From positions 1 through 48,878 of the IMG/VR virus record IMGVR_UViG_3300045988_060465: DNA of 48,878 bases; one strand, written 5' to 3'. This DNA comes from a virus. Of this stretch, positions 1-8,177 are shown piece after piece; the first letter of the stretch is position 1; each line of letters starts with the position of its first letter. The notes under the pieces are model-generated. The model had not been told where the DNA came from and did no database searches. It was given only the letters and a program-made list of their open reading frames with translations. Both the position numbers and the translations under genes were made by a program.

Positions 1-99
1 GCAAGCGCATATATATTTATGCCTTTATTCCATAAACAATTTAAAATCATGCAAAGAGTTATAAAAGAGTTATAATTATTTATGCAAGAAGAAAAAAGA
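1..99. repeat. Terminal direct duplication; bases 1..99 are identical to 48780..48878
   Basis: Exact 99-nt identity between the window start and end. Most likely a circular-assembly overlap of a complete genome. Confidence 0.9.
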
Positions 100-261
100 C
101 AATAAAAAAGCTAGTTAAACATTTAATATTTTAACTAGCATAATAGAATTATAATAATAAATAATGCAATAAATAATAATATAATCAATATCCAATATTT
201 AAAGATAAATGCAAGAAGTAATATAAACACAAGTATAGTTGTTAACTGATCTATCATCTAA

Positions 262-597
262 CTAATACCACTCTTTTATATCACTATTAATTGTATAGCT
301 TTCGCAATTGTATTGTTTTTCTTCGTCGTCCCATTCATCTAAATAAATAGTTATAGGTATATGTATTACATCCACATAACCATATATATTATGACATTCA
401 ATAATTATATAACCTTTTATAGTTTCAATGCTTCCATCTTTTTCAATCATGTCTAAACACTCATTAATATTATAGGTTCCGATGCCATCTTTACGTGAAT
501 AACAATAATCGCTATTTTCACATAGATTATAAGCCGTACCTATAATATCGTAAGTACTTATAAACTCTTTAAACTGTTTCAGCTTTTCAAATTCCAT
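262..597 (-). CDS. Hypothetical protein, 111 aa
   Basis: ORF in the dominant minus orientation, last gene before the terS-upstream noncoding region. No recognisable motif. Confidence 0.4.
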   Translation of the reverse strand: MEFEKLKQFKEFISTYDIIGTAYNLCENSDYCYSRKDGIGTYNINECLDMIEKDGSIETIKGYIIIECHNIYGYVDVIHIPITIYLDEWDDEEKQYNCESYTINSDIKEWY

Positions 598-972
598 AAT
601 ATTTTACTCCATTTCTTTTAGCTCATCATATAAACTACAACTTAACGGCATTTCATTAATAAATAAGCGGTAGCACTATGTTTGATAGGCCTAGAAAAAG
701 GCCCATAATTAATAGATCAAAACAAATATAGAAGTAGAATTTAAGAAGCGCAAGAAGTATTATTTTGAATGCGCTCATCTTGTCTAACTGCTTTCTTGTT
801 ACCATTGAAACACTACACCCCTTTTATATTTCAAGCCTAATGTTTCACGAACTTTTTTTTCAATCTCTCTTTTTGAATAACAAAAGAAAACACAGTTATA
901 ATAATAATCATAATTAATAACACGTGTACCAGAAGTGCAATAACTTACATTAAATATTGTCATTTTCAGCAC

Positions 973-1479
973 CTACCAATCAATTTTAATACTAGTCAGT
1001 ACATAGTCCCAACTAGTTCCATAGTGTTGTACACCCCAAAGATACATATCAAGTTTTTCATTATAATAAACTATTTCATCAATGTCTTGTAGCAGTCTAG
1101 CGCCCCAACCATCCACAATGAACCACTGAAATACCTCCGGTTCGTCGTCTTGTTCGTTTTCTAATTCTTCTATCTTTTCATTTATTTTATCTATTTCATT
1201 TTCAATAATTTGTGATGGGCTATTTTCGTTTTCTTCTTCTAACTCTTCCCTTTTTTCTTCTAGTTCTTCTATCTCGTCCGTGTTGTCAATAGTACCGCTT
1301 ACTTGCTCCCATGAACCTATATCATATGTCAATGAAATTATATCATTGTTTAACACGGCATCGAAACATTTCGACAATGTAGCATAGTCTACGCGCCCAT
1401 TCTCTAAACCGTATTCACTAATAGCATTTCCATAATAGTATTTTTGATTTTTCATTTTCTTTTTTAGCCCTAGTTCCAT
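973..1479 (-). CDS. Hypothetical acidic coiled-coil protein, 168 aa
   Basis: ORF downstream of a near-consensus minus-strand promoter at 1653..1681, with an E/D-rich central segment. Function unknown; the position just before terS is where late regulators often sit. Confidence 0.45.
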   Translation of the reverse strand: MELGLKKKMKNQKYYYGNAISEYGLENGRVDYATLSKCFDAVLNNDIISLTYDIGSWEQVSGTIDNTDEIEELEEKREELEEENENSPSQIIENEIDKINEKIEELENEQDDEPEVFQWFIVDGWGARLLQDIDEIVYYNEKLDMYLWGVQHYGTSWDYVLTSIKIDW

Positions 1480-1486
1480 ATATTTA

Positions 1487-1495
1487 TGGTATAAT
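1487..1495 (+). promoter_or_regulatory. Extended -10 element TGGTATAAT on the plus strand
   Basis: TGnTATAAT overlapping the start codon region of the minus gene 973..1479. It would drive a short plus-strand RNA that ends at the 1563..1611 terminator. Confidence 0.35.
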
Positions 1496-1562
1496 ATGAA
1501 AGCTATATATCTTGAGGGCCTTTTACCTCGTTTCTATTAATATATATATAGCTTTTGTAATT

Positions 1563-1611
1563 GCATGATCGTGTAAGCTGCTAAACTTTATAACACGATC
1601 GTGCTTTTTTT
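1563..1611 (+). terminator. Rho-independent terminator on the plus strand
   Basis: 12-bp stem gcatgatcgtgt/acacgatcgtgc (one G-U pair) with a 20-nt loop, followed by TTTTTTT. Confidence 0.55.
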
Positions 1612-1652
1612 ATGTCTTATTTTTGGTAGTCACCCCTTTTCTTTACACTGTT

Positions 1653-1681
1653 ATTATACCATGATACCTATATAATATCAA
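1653..1681 (-). promoter_or_regulatory. Sigma-A type promoter on the minus strand (TTGATA-17-TGGTATAAT)
   Basis: The reverse complement reads TTGATA, 17 nt, TATAAT with a TG extension. It drives 973..1479. Confidence 0.6.
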
Positions 1682-1699
1682 GCTTTTTTTCACTTTTTG

Positions 1700-1714
1700 T
1701 TCACGAATCGTGAA
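1700..1714. promoter_or_regulatory. Perfect 15-bp palindrome TTCACGAATCGTGAA, a candidate operator
   Basis: Exact dyad about 25 bp upstream of the -35 of the 1653..1681 promoter. TCGTGAA/TTCAC half-sites recur at about 1762 and 1914, and six ACAAAAT repeats lie at 1774..1850. Confidence 0.4.
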
Positions 1715-1945
1715 TATAATAGCGGATATTTTCGTACTACACCGTGTTTTTGTCTACAAATCGTGAACAATTTACAAAATGCAAAATATACAAAATACAA
1801 AATTTTTCGCCGATTCAGGACTACAAAATACAAAATTTATTTTTTATATTGACAAAATTTTCTTTTTGGAACACTTAAAATGCCCTTTATTTAAAGGAAA
1901 TGCGTTTATTTTTGTTCACAAATGATTATTAAAGCAAATAAAACA

Positions 1946-2736
1946 ATAAAAAAACCCATCAAAATTCATTAGAACTTGATAGGTAAATGAAACCAGTAAT
2001 AATAGTGTATATATCTTCTTCTTATAGGGTTTGGAAGGCTCTGTGGAGGACGTAGCTCCTTTTTCTTCTTTCCCCCCGAGGTCAAAACCCCTCTTTATCT
2101 CCCCCGAACCTCTTTCCTATTATATATATGTCGAGGGACTAAGATATATCGCTTTTTCAAAGATCAATCGTTTTAAAATATGCAGAATTACTTATAATAT
2201 AGGCTCTGTGTGCTCAATACAGAACCTTTTAAACCATACAATCGACAAGATATAGAATTAATAAAGAATTTCTAAAGGAGTATGAAATGAAATATCTGCC
2301 TATTCATTTCAGTAGTAGTATATGACTACGTGACAATTTATGAACCAACCTAAACCAATTTTGTGTAAACATTATGGAACTTATCGTGTTTATTACGCAT
2401 ATATGACTGTATGGACGTTTCTATATCTCTGAATTTACTTGTTTTTCTTCTTTTCCCCGACATCTGTTGTGATATAAGGGGTTATTTACACGTGTGCCAT
2501 TGCGATTGTAGGGGCTATTGCGTTCCTGGGGGCCATTGAAAACGTAGGGGATATTTTCTATTGAACCTCTAGGGGCACAAATTCTATTGCAACCTACCCC
2601 GTCAATTAAATATTGCACTTACACCTTTATAATATCCTCAGATTTCTCTGAGGCACTCTCAATAAAGAGTAAGTAGAAGTAAAAAATGTCTCGTTAGAAA
2701 GTGGCAATATTTGGTCTTTTTAGGTACTTCCTAACT
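1946..2736 (-). ncRNA. Candidate large structured noncoding RNA of about 790 nt
   Basis: Its own extended -10 promoter at 2743..2773, and a terminator (8-bp stem plus U7) at 1946..1983. There is no credible ORF on the transcribed strand. Patches of 50-55% GC sit in a 33% GC genome. Five iterated CAATRG...CCCCTA units and G-tracts give many potential long-range pairings, and there is a perfect 7-bp hairpin at 2639..2656. Confidence 0.4.
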
Positions 2737-2742
2737 ACATAT

Positions 2743-2773
2743 ATTATACCATTTTTAAGTGCGGACGTGTGAA
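2743..2773 (-). promoter_or_regulatory. Minus-strand promoter TTCACA-19-TGGTATAAT
   Basis: The reverse complement contains TGGTATAAT (extended -10) with TTCACA upstream. It starts the noncoding unit immediately after the terminator of the RHH gene. Confidence 0.5.
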
Positions 2774-2789
2774 AAAACCTATAAAAAAA

Positions 2790-2807
2790 GGCTATTTGTT
2801 GTTAGCC
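2790..2807 (-). terminator. Short hairpin plus U-tract terminator after the RHH gene
   Basis: ggcta...tagcc stem with the stop codon inside it, followed by UUUUUUU on the minus strand. Confidence 0.35.
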
Positions 2808-2995
2808 TCTTTCTTTTCTCTTTCTAAATCTTTTAAGATCAATTGTCTTACGTAATCTGCCTTGCTTGGCACTGAATTTAACTTTTCTAGAATCTCTTTA
2901 TTGTTCTTTGTCACGTATTTCAAGCAAATTTGACTTACGTTCTTTTTAGCATACTTATTGTTTGCTCTTAATCTTGCTTCACTGCTTTTTGCCAT
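2792..2995 (-). CDS. Small ribbon-helix-helix-like DNA-binding protein, 67 aa
   Basis: Pattern of N-terminal basic strand, helix, and KADYVRQLILKDL second helix, typical of Arc/CopG RHH proteins. Confidence 0.35.
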   Translation of the reverse strand: MAKSSEARLRANNKYAKKNVSQICLKYVTKNNKEILEKLNSVPSKADYVRQLILKDLEREKKEANNK

Positions 2996-3009
2996 AGTTT
3001 ACACCCCCT

Positions 3010-3231
3010 CTATTCCATAACATCAATGATATTTGACTTCGGCTGCCAAATACCTCGAACAAAAATAGCTTCTTCGTCCTCTGCTTCAACTTTATCGGTT
3101 TCGATAGTGGTTTCGTGGACGTTATTTCTGTAATATTCCACGTATTTTCCTAAATATTCAGGATTATCACAATACCTTCCGTTATGTCCGTAAACATAGC
3201 CATGTTCTTTTTCCCATTGTTCCTTAGTCAT
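3010..3231 (-). CDS. Hypothetical protein, 73 aa
   Basis: Small ORF in the early operon. Confidence 0.4.
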   Translation of the reverse strand: MTKEQWEKEHGYVYGHNGRYCDNPEYLGKYVEYYRNNVHETTIETDKVEAEDEEAIFVRGIWQPKSNIIDVME

Positions 3232-3257
3232 TTTCTTTTCCTCCTACTTTCTATTGC

Positions 3258-3506
3258 TTAATAACAGTTCTTTTCTTCCCATTCTGCGATTTCATCTGCA
3301 TCATCAATGATTTCGCCATCTTCGCAAACTAGCATTGTTTCTCTTGACCCATAATCGACAATCTGATAATTGTTAGGCAGTTCGTCTGCCCATAAATCCA
3401 CACCAAATAATTCAACATTGAAATCGTCTTTATATAATACGTTTGCTACTGCTTCTACGATTCCTGAATTTGTAAAACTGTGATACCCAATATGTACTTG
3501 CTTCAT
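3258..3506 (-). CDS. Hypothetical protein, 82 aa
   Basis: Small ORF downstream of the promoter at 3550..3586. Confidence 0.4.
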   Translation of the reverse strand: MKQVHIGYHSFTNSGIVEAVANVLYKDDFNVELFGVDLWADELPNNYQIVDYGSRETMLVCEDGEIIDDADEIAEWEEKNCY

Positions 3507-3549
3507 GTTATGCCCTCCTAAGTACCTAAGTACTTTTCTTTACACACAT

Positions 3550-3586
3550 AGTATATCATACCATGATACCTATGTAAATAATTAAT
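3550..3586 (-). promoter_or_regulatory. Minus-strand promoter (TTTACA-17-TATACT / TGGTATGAT)
   Basis: Shares an identical 16-nt box ATAGGTATCATGGTAT (3558..3573) with the promoter at 1653..1681 (1656..1671). Confidence 0.45.
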
Positions 3587-3742
3587 TTAATAAATTTTTA
3601 AATCCTTTTGCATAATAAAAAAGGCTAATTCCACATTCGCCTTTTAAACGTGTTTTTAGCCTTTTCTTTATTTACCCTAACAAATACTCATCTCAATCTA
3701 TTTCGCTTGTTAGAATCACTTCTAGACGTGTTTAAATTGATT

Positions 3743-4036
3743 TTAAGAAGTTTTCCTTCTTTTTCTACGCAAATTATAGTCTTTATCAATCAAAATCTGA
3801 AATATCATTGTTCTGTCAACTAGATATTCAATTCCATCACTATTGAAACCAACGATCTTACACCACCAGCGATTGAAGGTATAAGGTTTAGTCAATACAA
3901 TTTGTACTAATTCAGTTTCATCAAACAAAGTTGCCATTGCCACATCACCTGCTCTTAAACCAATATTGCCATGGTAATTAAACCATCCTCCGCAGGTTTC
4001 TTTGAAATGCTCGTATTCCGTATCTCTTTTAGGCAT
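3743..4036 (-). CDS. Hypothetical protein, 97 aa
   Basis: ORF immediately downstream of the PemK-like gene. Confidence 0.4.
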   Translation of the reverse strand: MPKRDTEYEHFKETCGGWFNYHGNIGLRAGDVAMATLFDETELVQIVLTKPYTFNRWWCKIVGFNSDGIEYLVDRTMIFQILIDKDYNLRRKRRKTS

Positions 4037-4046
4037 TATACAATCC

Positions 4047-4379
4047 TTAAATAATTCCTATTTGAGTTAATAATGCACATTTTACTTCTTTTGCTTCTTG
4101 CCAATCTAATTGCTTGATATGCCACTTAACATTTTCTCTATTGATCGTTAAGATTTGTTCCGCTTTTGCCATTCCGTACTCATATCCTGTATCAATCATT
4201 ACATGGCATGGCAAATCTGTTCTTTTTAAATTGCTAGTAATTGGAATTACATTTACTGTTTTACTCCCTTTATTCTGAATATCGTTTGAAATAACGATAC
4301 AAGGTCTCCTTTTATAAAGAATCGTATTACTATATTTTGGCAAGTCACACCAATAAATGTTATTGTTTAGGATTTTCAT
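4047..4379 (-). CDS. PemK/MazF-family toxin-like protein, 110 aa
   Basis: IYWCDL...KRRPCIVISND...VNVIPITSN...LPCHV...AEQILTI...L pattern matches the PemK/MazF fold signature. GGAGG RBS 7 nt upstream. Confidence 0.6.
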   Translation of the reverse strand: MKILNNNIYWCDLPKYSNTILYKRRPCIVISNDIQNKGSKTVNVIPITSNLKRTDLPCHVMIDTGYEYGMAKAEQILTINRENVKWHIKQLDWQEAKEVKCALLTQIGII

Positions 4380-4488
4380 AATGATAACCTCCTATCCTTC
4401 CTAATTTATCCTCTAAATTTCTGTTATGCTGCTTCAACCCGTATATTTTTCTATCTCTCTCGATTAAAGCCTGTTTAATTAATACCAT
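4360..4488 (-). CDS. Candidate 42-aa partner ORF overlapping the toxin start
   Basis: ATG ORF MVLIKQALIERDRKIYGLKQHNRNLEDKLGRIGGYHYENPKQ whose stop overlaps the toxin ATG by 20 nt. Weak RBS and no recognisable antitoxin fold. Confidence 0.2.
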   Translation of the reverse strand: MVLIKQALIERDRKIYGLKQHNRNLEDKLGRIGGYHYENPKQ

Positions 4489-4585
4489 ATCGTCATATGC
4501 TTCATATAATCCGTTGTCTTTCAGGGCTTTTTCTACATTTGTGAACTACTCGGCTACAAGTAACCGAGAATTCCTGCCTGATTTC

Positions 4586-4828
4586 TTAAAACTTGTCTCT
4601 ACATGATTCATTGCTATCTTCTTCATTCCAATCCATTCCATATACATCATCTACTGTATCATCTACTGCATCATCCTCATTTTCCTTGATTGGAACACGT
4701 ACAATTTTAGTTCCAATTCTATGTGTAAATAAGATGCACACTGCCCAAATTGGATGAACATGAATTACCATGTACGCAGTAAATATCATTACCGCTATAT
4801 TGTGAATTGCCATACTTAAATACATCAT
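4586..4828 (-). CDS. Small membrane protein, 80 aa
   Basis: Two hydrophobic segments and an acidic C-terminus. Confidence 0.4.
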   Translation of the reverse strand: MMYLSMAIHNIAVMIFTAYMVIHVHPIWAVCILFTHRIGTKIVRVPIKENEDDAVDDTVDDVYGMDWNEEDSNESCRDKF

Positions 4829-5100
4829 TTTGCTATTTTCTCCTTCACATATGTAGCTTTCAAATCTTCTACTTCGACCCCTTCTTTACTCCATGCAGCA
4901 TCCCAAATTTCATTTAATAATGAATCTACAACATTGCATGAATCACTGTTATTAACATCAGGAACACTGATTTTCAATTTAATCATTACGTCTGTACTTT
5001 CTTTAGGCTTATTTCGTTTCTTCAAACCCATCATATCCATACCCCCTATGTTGATATTTGTATTTTCTAACTTCATATTCGGCTTTATTGAGATCATCAA
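4825..5100 (-). CDS. Hypothetical protein; the true start is probably an internal Met near 5031-5040
   Basis: The track ORF overlaps 5009..5212 by 92 nt. Internal ATGs follow a GGGG RBS. Confidence 0.3.
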   Translation of the reverse strand: MMISIKPNMKLENTNINIGGMDMMGLKKRNKPKESTDVMIKLKISVPDVNNSDSCNVVDSLLNEIWDAAWSKEGVEVEDLKATYVKEKIAK

Positions 5101-5212
5101 TCAATCTACCATTTTCAAGTTGTAATTCATTGATTCGTTCTGAAACAACTAAGGAATAAAGAAGCATTGAAGCTATTCCACCTATAAATACTCCTGCAAA
5201 GAAATAAATCAT
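5009..5212 (-). CDS. Hypothetical single-pass membrane protein, 67 aa
   Basis: N-terminal transmembrane helix plus a coiled coil. Confidence 0.35.
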   Translation of the reverse strand: MIYFFAGVFIGGIASMLLYSLVVSERINELQLENGRLIDDLNKAEYEVRKYKYQHRGYGYDGFEETK

Positions 5213-5418
5213 CCAACCACCTCACATTTTGCTAGGATGTCTCCAATTAATTCATTATCATCAATTCCTTTAAAATATCCTTTTTCCTTCATCCCATTTA
5301 AAGAATTAAATACTTTAAAACTGTATACATCTTTTGAATACTCTATGAAATCATTGTGTTCCACTTTTAATGAATATCCTAATTCTTCAAACATTTCCTT
5401 AGCACTCATCATAGCCAA
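5209..5418 (-). CDS. Hypothetical protein, 69 aa
   Basis: Small ORF with ATGA coupling to the next gene. Confidence 0.4.
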   Translation of the reverse strand: MAMMSAKEMFEELGYSLKVEHNDFIEYSKDVYSFKVFNSLNGMKEKGYFKGIDDNELIGDILAKCEVVG

Positions 5419-5882
5419 TTCAACTCCTCACATTGTTTATTGATCGCTCTTAATTCAGCAATCGTAATTTCTTTTTGCTCCATAAACCATGAAGCACATA
5501 CTGTTTTTGTATCTAAATCAAATTCAATTAATGCCTCGTCTACATTTTCTGTATGCCTTTCAAATTTGATACATCCATCTTCGATACGCTTTTTATAATC
5601 CAAATCCTTGAACATCTGCTCAGCAGTTTTTTCTTTGTGTTCCTCATCAATTCTTTGGAATGGTGCCCAAGCAACAATAGATTTGCAAGAAACGAACGCT
5701 TCATCATCTTCATCTCTTTCTGAATCATAGAAAGATATATATTCACCAAACTCTTTATGCTCGTCACTATAATAGCAAACCCCATATTCACCTAAAAAGC
5801 ATCCATCTTTATACTTTACTAAATACAAATCACTAAACAGTGGTTTTGATTCGCTAAACATTTTCCATGTGTTCATCTTCAT
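5409..5882 (-). CDS. Hypothetical protein, 157 aa
   Basis: ORF in the early operon. Confidence 0.4.
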   Translation of the reverse strand: MKMNTWKMFSESKPLFSDLYLVKYKDGCFLGEYGVCYYSDEHKEFGEYISFYDSERDEDDEAFVSCKSIVAWAPFQRIDEEHKEKTAEQMFKDLDYKKRIEDGCIKFERHTENVDEALIEFDLDTKTVCASWFMEQKEITIAELRAINKQCEELNWL

Positions 5883-6300
5883 TTTCTCCTTCTAACTTCT
5901 GTCCACAAAACGGACAACGAGGGTAATATTTGTTTCCATGATACGTTGGAATAGGCACAACTCCATGCTTACACGTTGGGCAACATAACATCATATCGCC
6001 ACACGGCCAAAACTCAATATCTATTGGTTTCTTTGGTGTTTCTTTATCCATAAAATCCTTCAATAATTGAAAATATGCCTTGGCACGGTCAGTTTCTTCT
6101 ATATCTGCTGCTTTGCACGTAATTTGATGTTCTTTTTCAAGAACTTGCAACAATTCTTGGTATTTATTCATTTCATCATCCACTAATTCGACATCATCAT
6201 AATCGTGATTTTTAATTTTTCTTAATGCTTCTTCTTTAGAACTTGCTTCTACATTTCCAACATAAGTACATTTTCCATTTGCATAAAATTTATAATTCAT
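5854..6300 (-). CDS. Hypothetical protein with a C-terminal zinc ribbon
   Basis: CCPTC...CPFCG motif. Confidence 0.4.
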   Translation of the reverse strand: MNYKFYANGKCTYVGNVEASSKEEALRKIKNHDYDDVELVDDEMNKYQELLQVLEKEHQITCKAADIEETDRAKAYFQLLKDFMDKETPKKPIDIEFWPCGDMMLCCPTCKHGVVPIPTYHGNKYYPRCPFCGQKLEGENEDEHMENV

Positions 6301-6592
6301 ACGCTTTTATCTCCTTTTTTAATTCGTCAATAGCTTCTTTAACAAACTTCAAATCCATATCATAGTCACTAACTAAATCTGCCATTCTACAGTTTGAATA
6401 GCCTTGTAACGCACCCTCTAAAGTTGAGTGAAAAGAAACAGATTTCTTGACTTCCGTTACATTCCCATCTTTGCTTTCTTGAAGTACATATTTAGACAAG
6501 ATGTAGCTTTTTCCATCAGATGTAATTACGTATCCGTTCTTTAAATTAATCATTGTTATTGCTCCTTTCTTTGATAATCCTATAAAGCACAC
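6290..6592 (-). CDS. Hypothetical protein, 100 aa
   Basis: ORF. Confidence 0.4.
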   Translation of the reverse strand: MCFIGLSKKGAITMINLKNGYVITSDGKSYILSKYVLQESKDGNVTEVKKSVSFHSTLEGALQGYSNCRMADLVSDYDMDLKFVKEAIDELKKEIKAYEL

Positions 6593-6594
6593 AT

Positions 6595-6759
6595 TTATTC
6601 ATGTTTAATATATCTTTTATCTTTCACTTTCCCGCATTTCAAACACACAAGATACTGAGTCTCACCACTGATACAATGAAACATCTCATTCTTTACGCAC
6701 CAAGTAAATTCATGCTTACAGAATAATCTTTTAAAAAACAATTTAATTTTGTTTATCAT
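6595..6759 (-). CDS. Unlisted small zinc-ribbon ORF, 54 aa
   Basis: GGAAGGAG RBS, then an ATG and CxH...C...CxxC. It fills a gap in the 60-aa ORF track. Confidence 0.3.
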   Translation of the reverse strand: MINKIKLFFKRLFCKHEFTWCVKNEMFHCISGETQYLVCLKCGKVKDKRYIKHE

Positions 6760-6799
6760 ATGAACTCCTTCCTATTTATCAATGCATCAATTTTTTTCT

Positions 6800-7171
6800 T
6801 CAATCATCTGTATCTTCTTCTTTATCTTTCACTAATTCCTCGTATTTATCGGCTATAAATCCATCCATATCTTGTTTTGTGAACCCTAGATTTAATAAAT
6901 CATCTTTATAATTCATTCCATAATTCCATGAATCTATATCTAAATATTGCTCTAGTGAATAGTTCTCAACATCTAAAAATCTACAATTACGTTCTAGAAT
7001 GTGTTTCTTATACTGCTCTATTTTTTCGGCCAAATCATTTATTTCTTTTTTGGCTTGTGCAACATCTTCACTATGTGATTCTTGTTCCTCTTTTAGCCTT
7101 CTTTTTAAATACTCGTTGTTACTTTTTAACAAATCATATGTTTCTAGTGACATTTGAACAAACGCTTCCAT
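6800..7171 (-). CDS. Hypothetical coiled-coil protein, 123 aa
   Basis: ORF. Confidence 0.4.
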   Translation of the reverse strand: MEAFVQMSLETYDLLKSNNEYLKRRLKEEQESHSEDVAQAKKEINDLAEKIEQYKKHILERNCRFLDVENYSLEQYLDIDSWNYGMNYKDDLLNLGFTKQDMDGFIADKYEELVKDKEEDTDD

Positions 7172-7210
7172 TAAAATTCATCCATGTTCATATATCTTAA
7201 ATCTCCTTTC

Positions 7211-7708
7211 CTAGTACCCCTTCGCTAACCTTTCTTTATTGATCTCATTCTTGCGAATATATTCGTTGTAGATTTCCCCAAACGAATATCCTAAATGCAA
7301 TCCTAATGCGATTACGTAAGCTAATACGTTATCATCTCGTGTTAAATTGATTGCACAACTAAATGCATATGCCTGTCCAAAACCTAAATCCGTTTTTAGC
7401 TTGTTGTAATTCCACTTAACGTCCTCATCCATATAACATCCTGTACCAAACTTGATTTCGTACATCAATGCAAAGTGAACAACATCAATATATTCTTCAA
7501 ATACCTTAGCTTCGTCTTTAGGCTCTTGCGTGAACTTCCACCAACACCAATCTGATTTCTGAGCGTGCATCAATTCTCCTAATTCATCAAACAACGCACT
7601 TTCTAATTGAGTTTTAGAAACATAGTCTACATTATGTTTCTTAAATACTTCCTCATCATATGCTTTCTGTCTTTCAAGCATATCTTTAATCATTTCTGTA
7701 CTTGTCAT
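7211..7708 (-). CDS. Dimeric (all-alpha, MazG-like) dUTPase family protein
   Basis: ELGEL...WKF...EEYIDVVHFAL core resembles dimeric dUTPases of Firmicute phages, with a C-terminal ...AKGY. Confidence 0.5.
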   Translation of the reverse strand: MTSTEMIKDMLERQKAYDEEVFKKHNVDYVSKTQLESALFDELGELMHAQKSDWCWWKFTQEPKDEAKVFEEYIDVVHFALMYEIKFGTGCYMDEDVKWNYNKLKTDLGFGQAYAFSCAINLTRDDNVLAYVIALGLHLGYSFGEIYNEYIRKNEINKERLAKGY

Positions 7709-7720
7709 TTGGTTCTCCTT

Positions 7721-8167
7721 TTATAACACAATGTTTTCAATCAATGCTCTTTTTTCAAGAACAGATAAATATAATCCCATGTATTTTTGTTGCTCTCTTA
7801 ATAGTTCAAGTGGGCAATCATGTTTTGTTACTTCTTTTCCAAGCATTGTTTCTACTTCAATTTTGTTGCAGAAATTCTTCAATTTCTCATATCTGATTTT
7901 TACTTGACGATATTCTGCTACAAATCTTTCTTTGTAATCTTCAGAGTTCATTAACTCTACTGTTTCTTTTAATTCCATGTTGTTTTTCTCCTTTTTTTCT
8001 TTGATTTTTCTAATCTCAATTGACGCTGGGTAAATTTGCAAAGCTTTTTGCTTAATTTCAAAAGATTTTTGATTTCTAATCTTATTCCAAACTTCTTTTT
8101 CTGAATCAGCTTCTACGATTTCCGATAATTGAGCGAATATATTTGATTTGAATAAATATTTTGCCAT
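7721..8167 (-). CDS. Hypothetical protein, 148 aa
   Basis: ORF. Confidence 0.4.
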   Translation of the reverse strand: MAKYLFKSNIFAQLSEIVEADSEKEVWNKIRNQKSFEIKQKALQIYPASIEIRKIKEKKEKNNMELKETVELMNSEDYKERFVAEYRQVKIRYEKLKNFCNKIEVETMLGKEVTKHDCPLELLREQQKYMGLYLSVLEKRALIENIVL

Positions 8168-8177
8168 GTTTTTCTCC

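Noticed and set aside
799-963. 54-aa minus-strand ORF in the 598..972 spacer
   Set aside because: Weak RBS, and Y/C-rich low-complexity product. Not convincing as a gene.
2031-2255. Plus-strand 74-aa ORF and minus-strand 65-aa ORF (2421..2618) inside the GC-rich repeat region
   Set aside because: Their composition is driven by G/C-tract DNA repeats (they translate to repeated NxPY and P/S runs). There is no RBS, and the 2421 ORF needs a GTG start. Treated as noncoding.
2460-2600. Possible CRISPR array
   Set aside because: The repeat units are only about 6+7 nt, degenerate, with irregular 18-28 nt periods, and there are no cas genes. This is not CRISPR-like.
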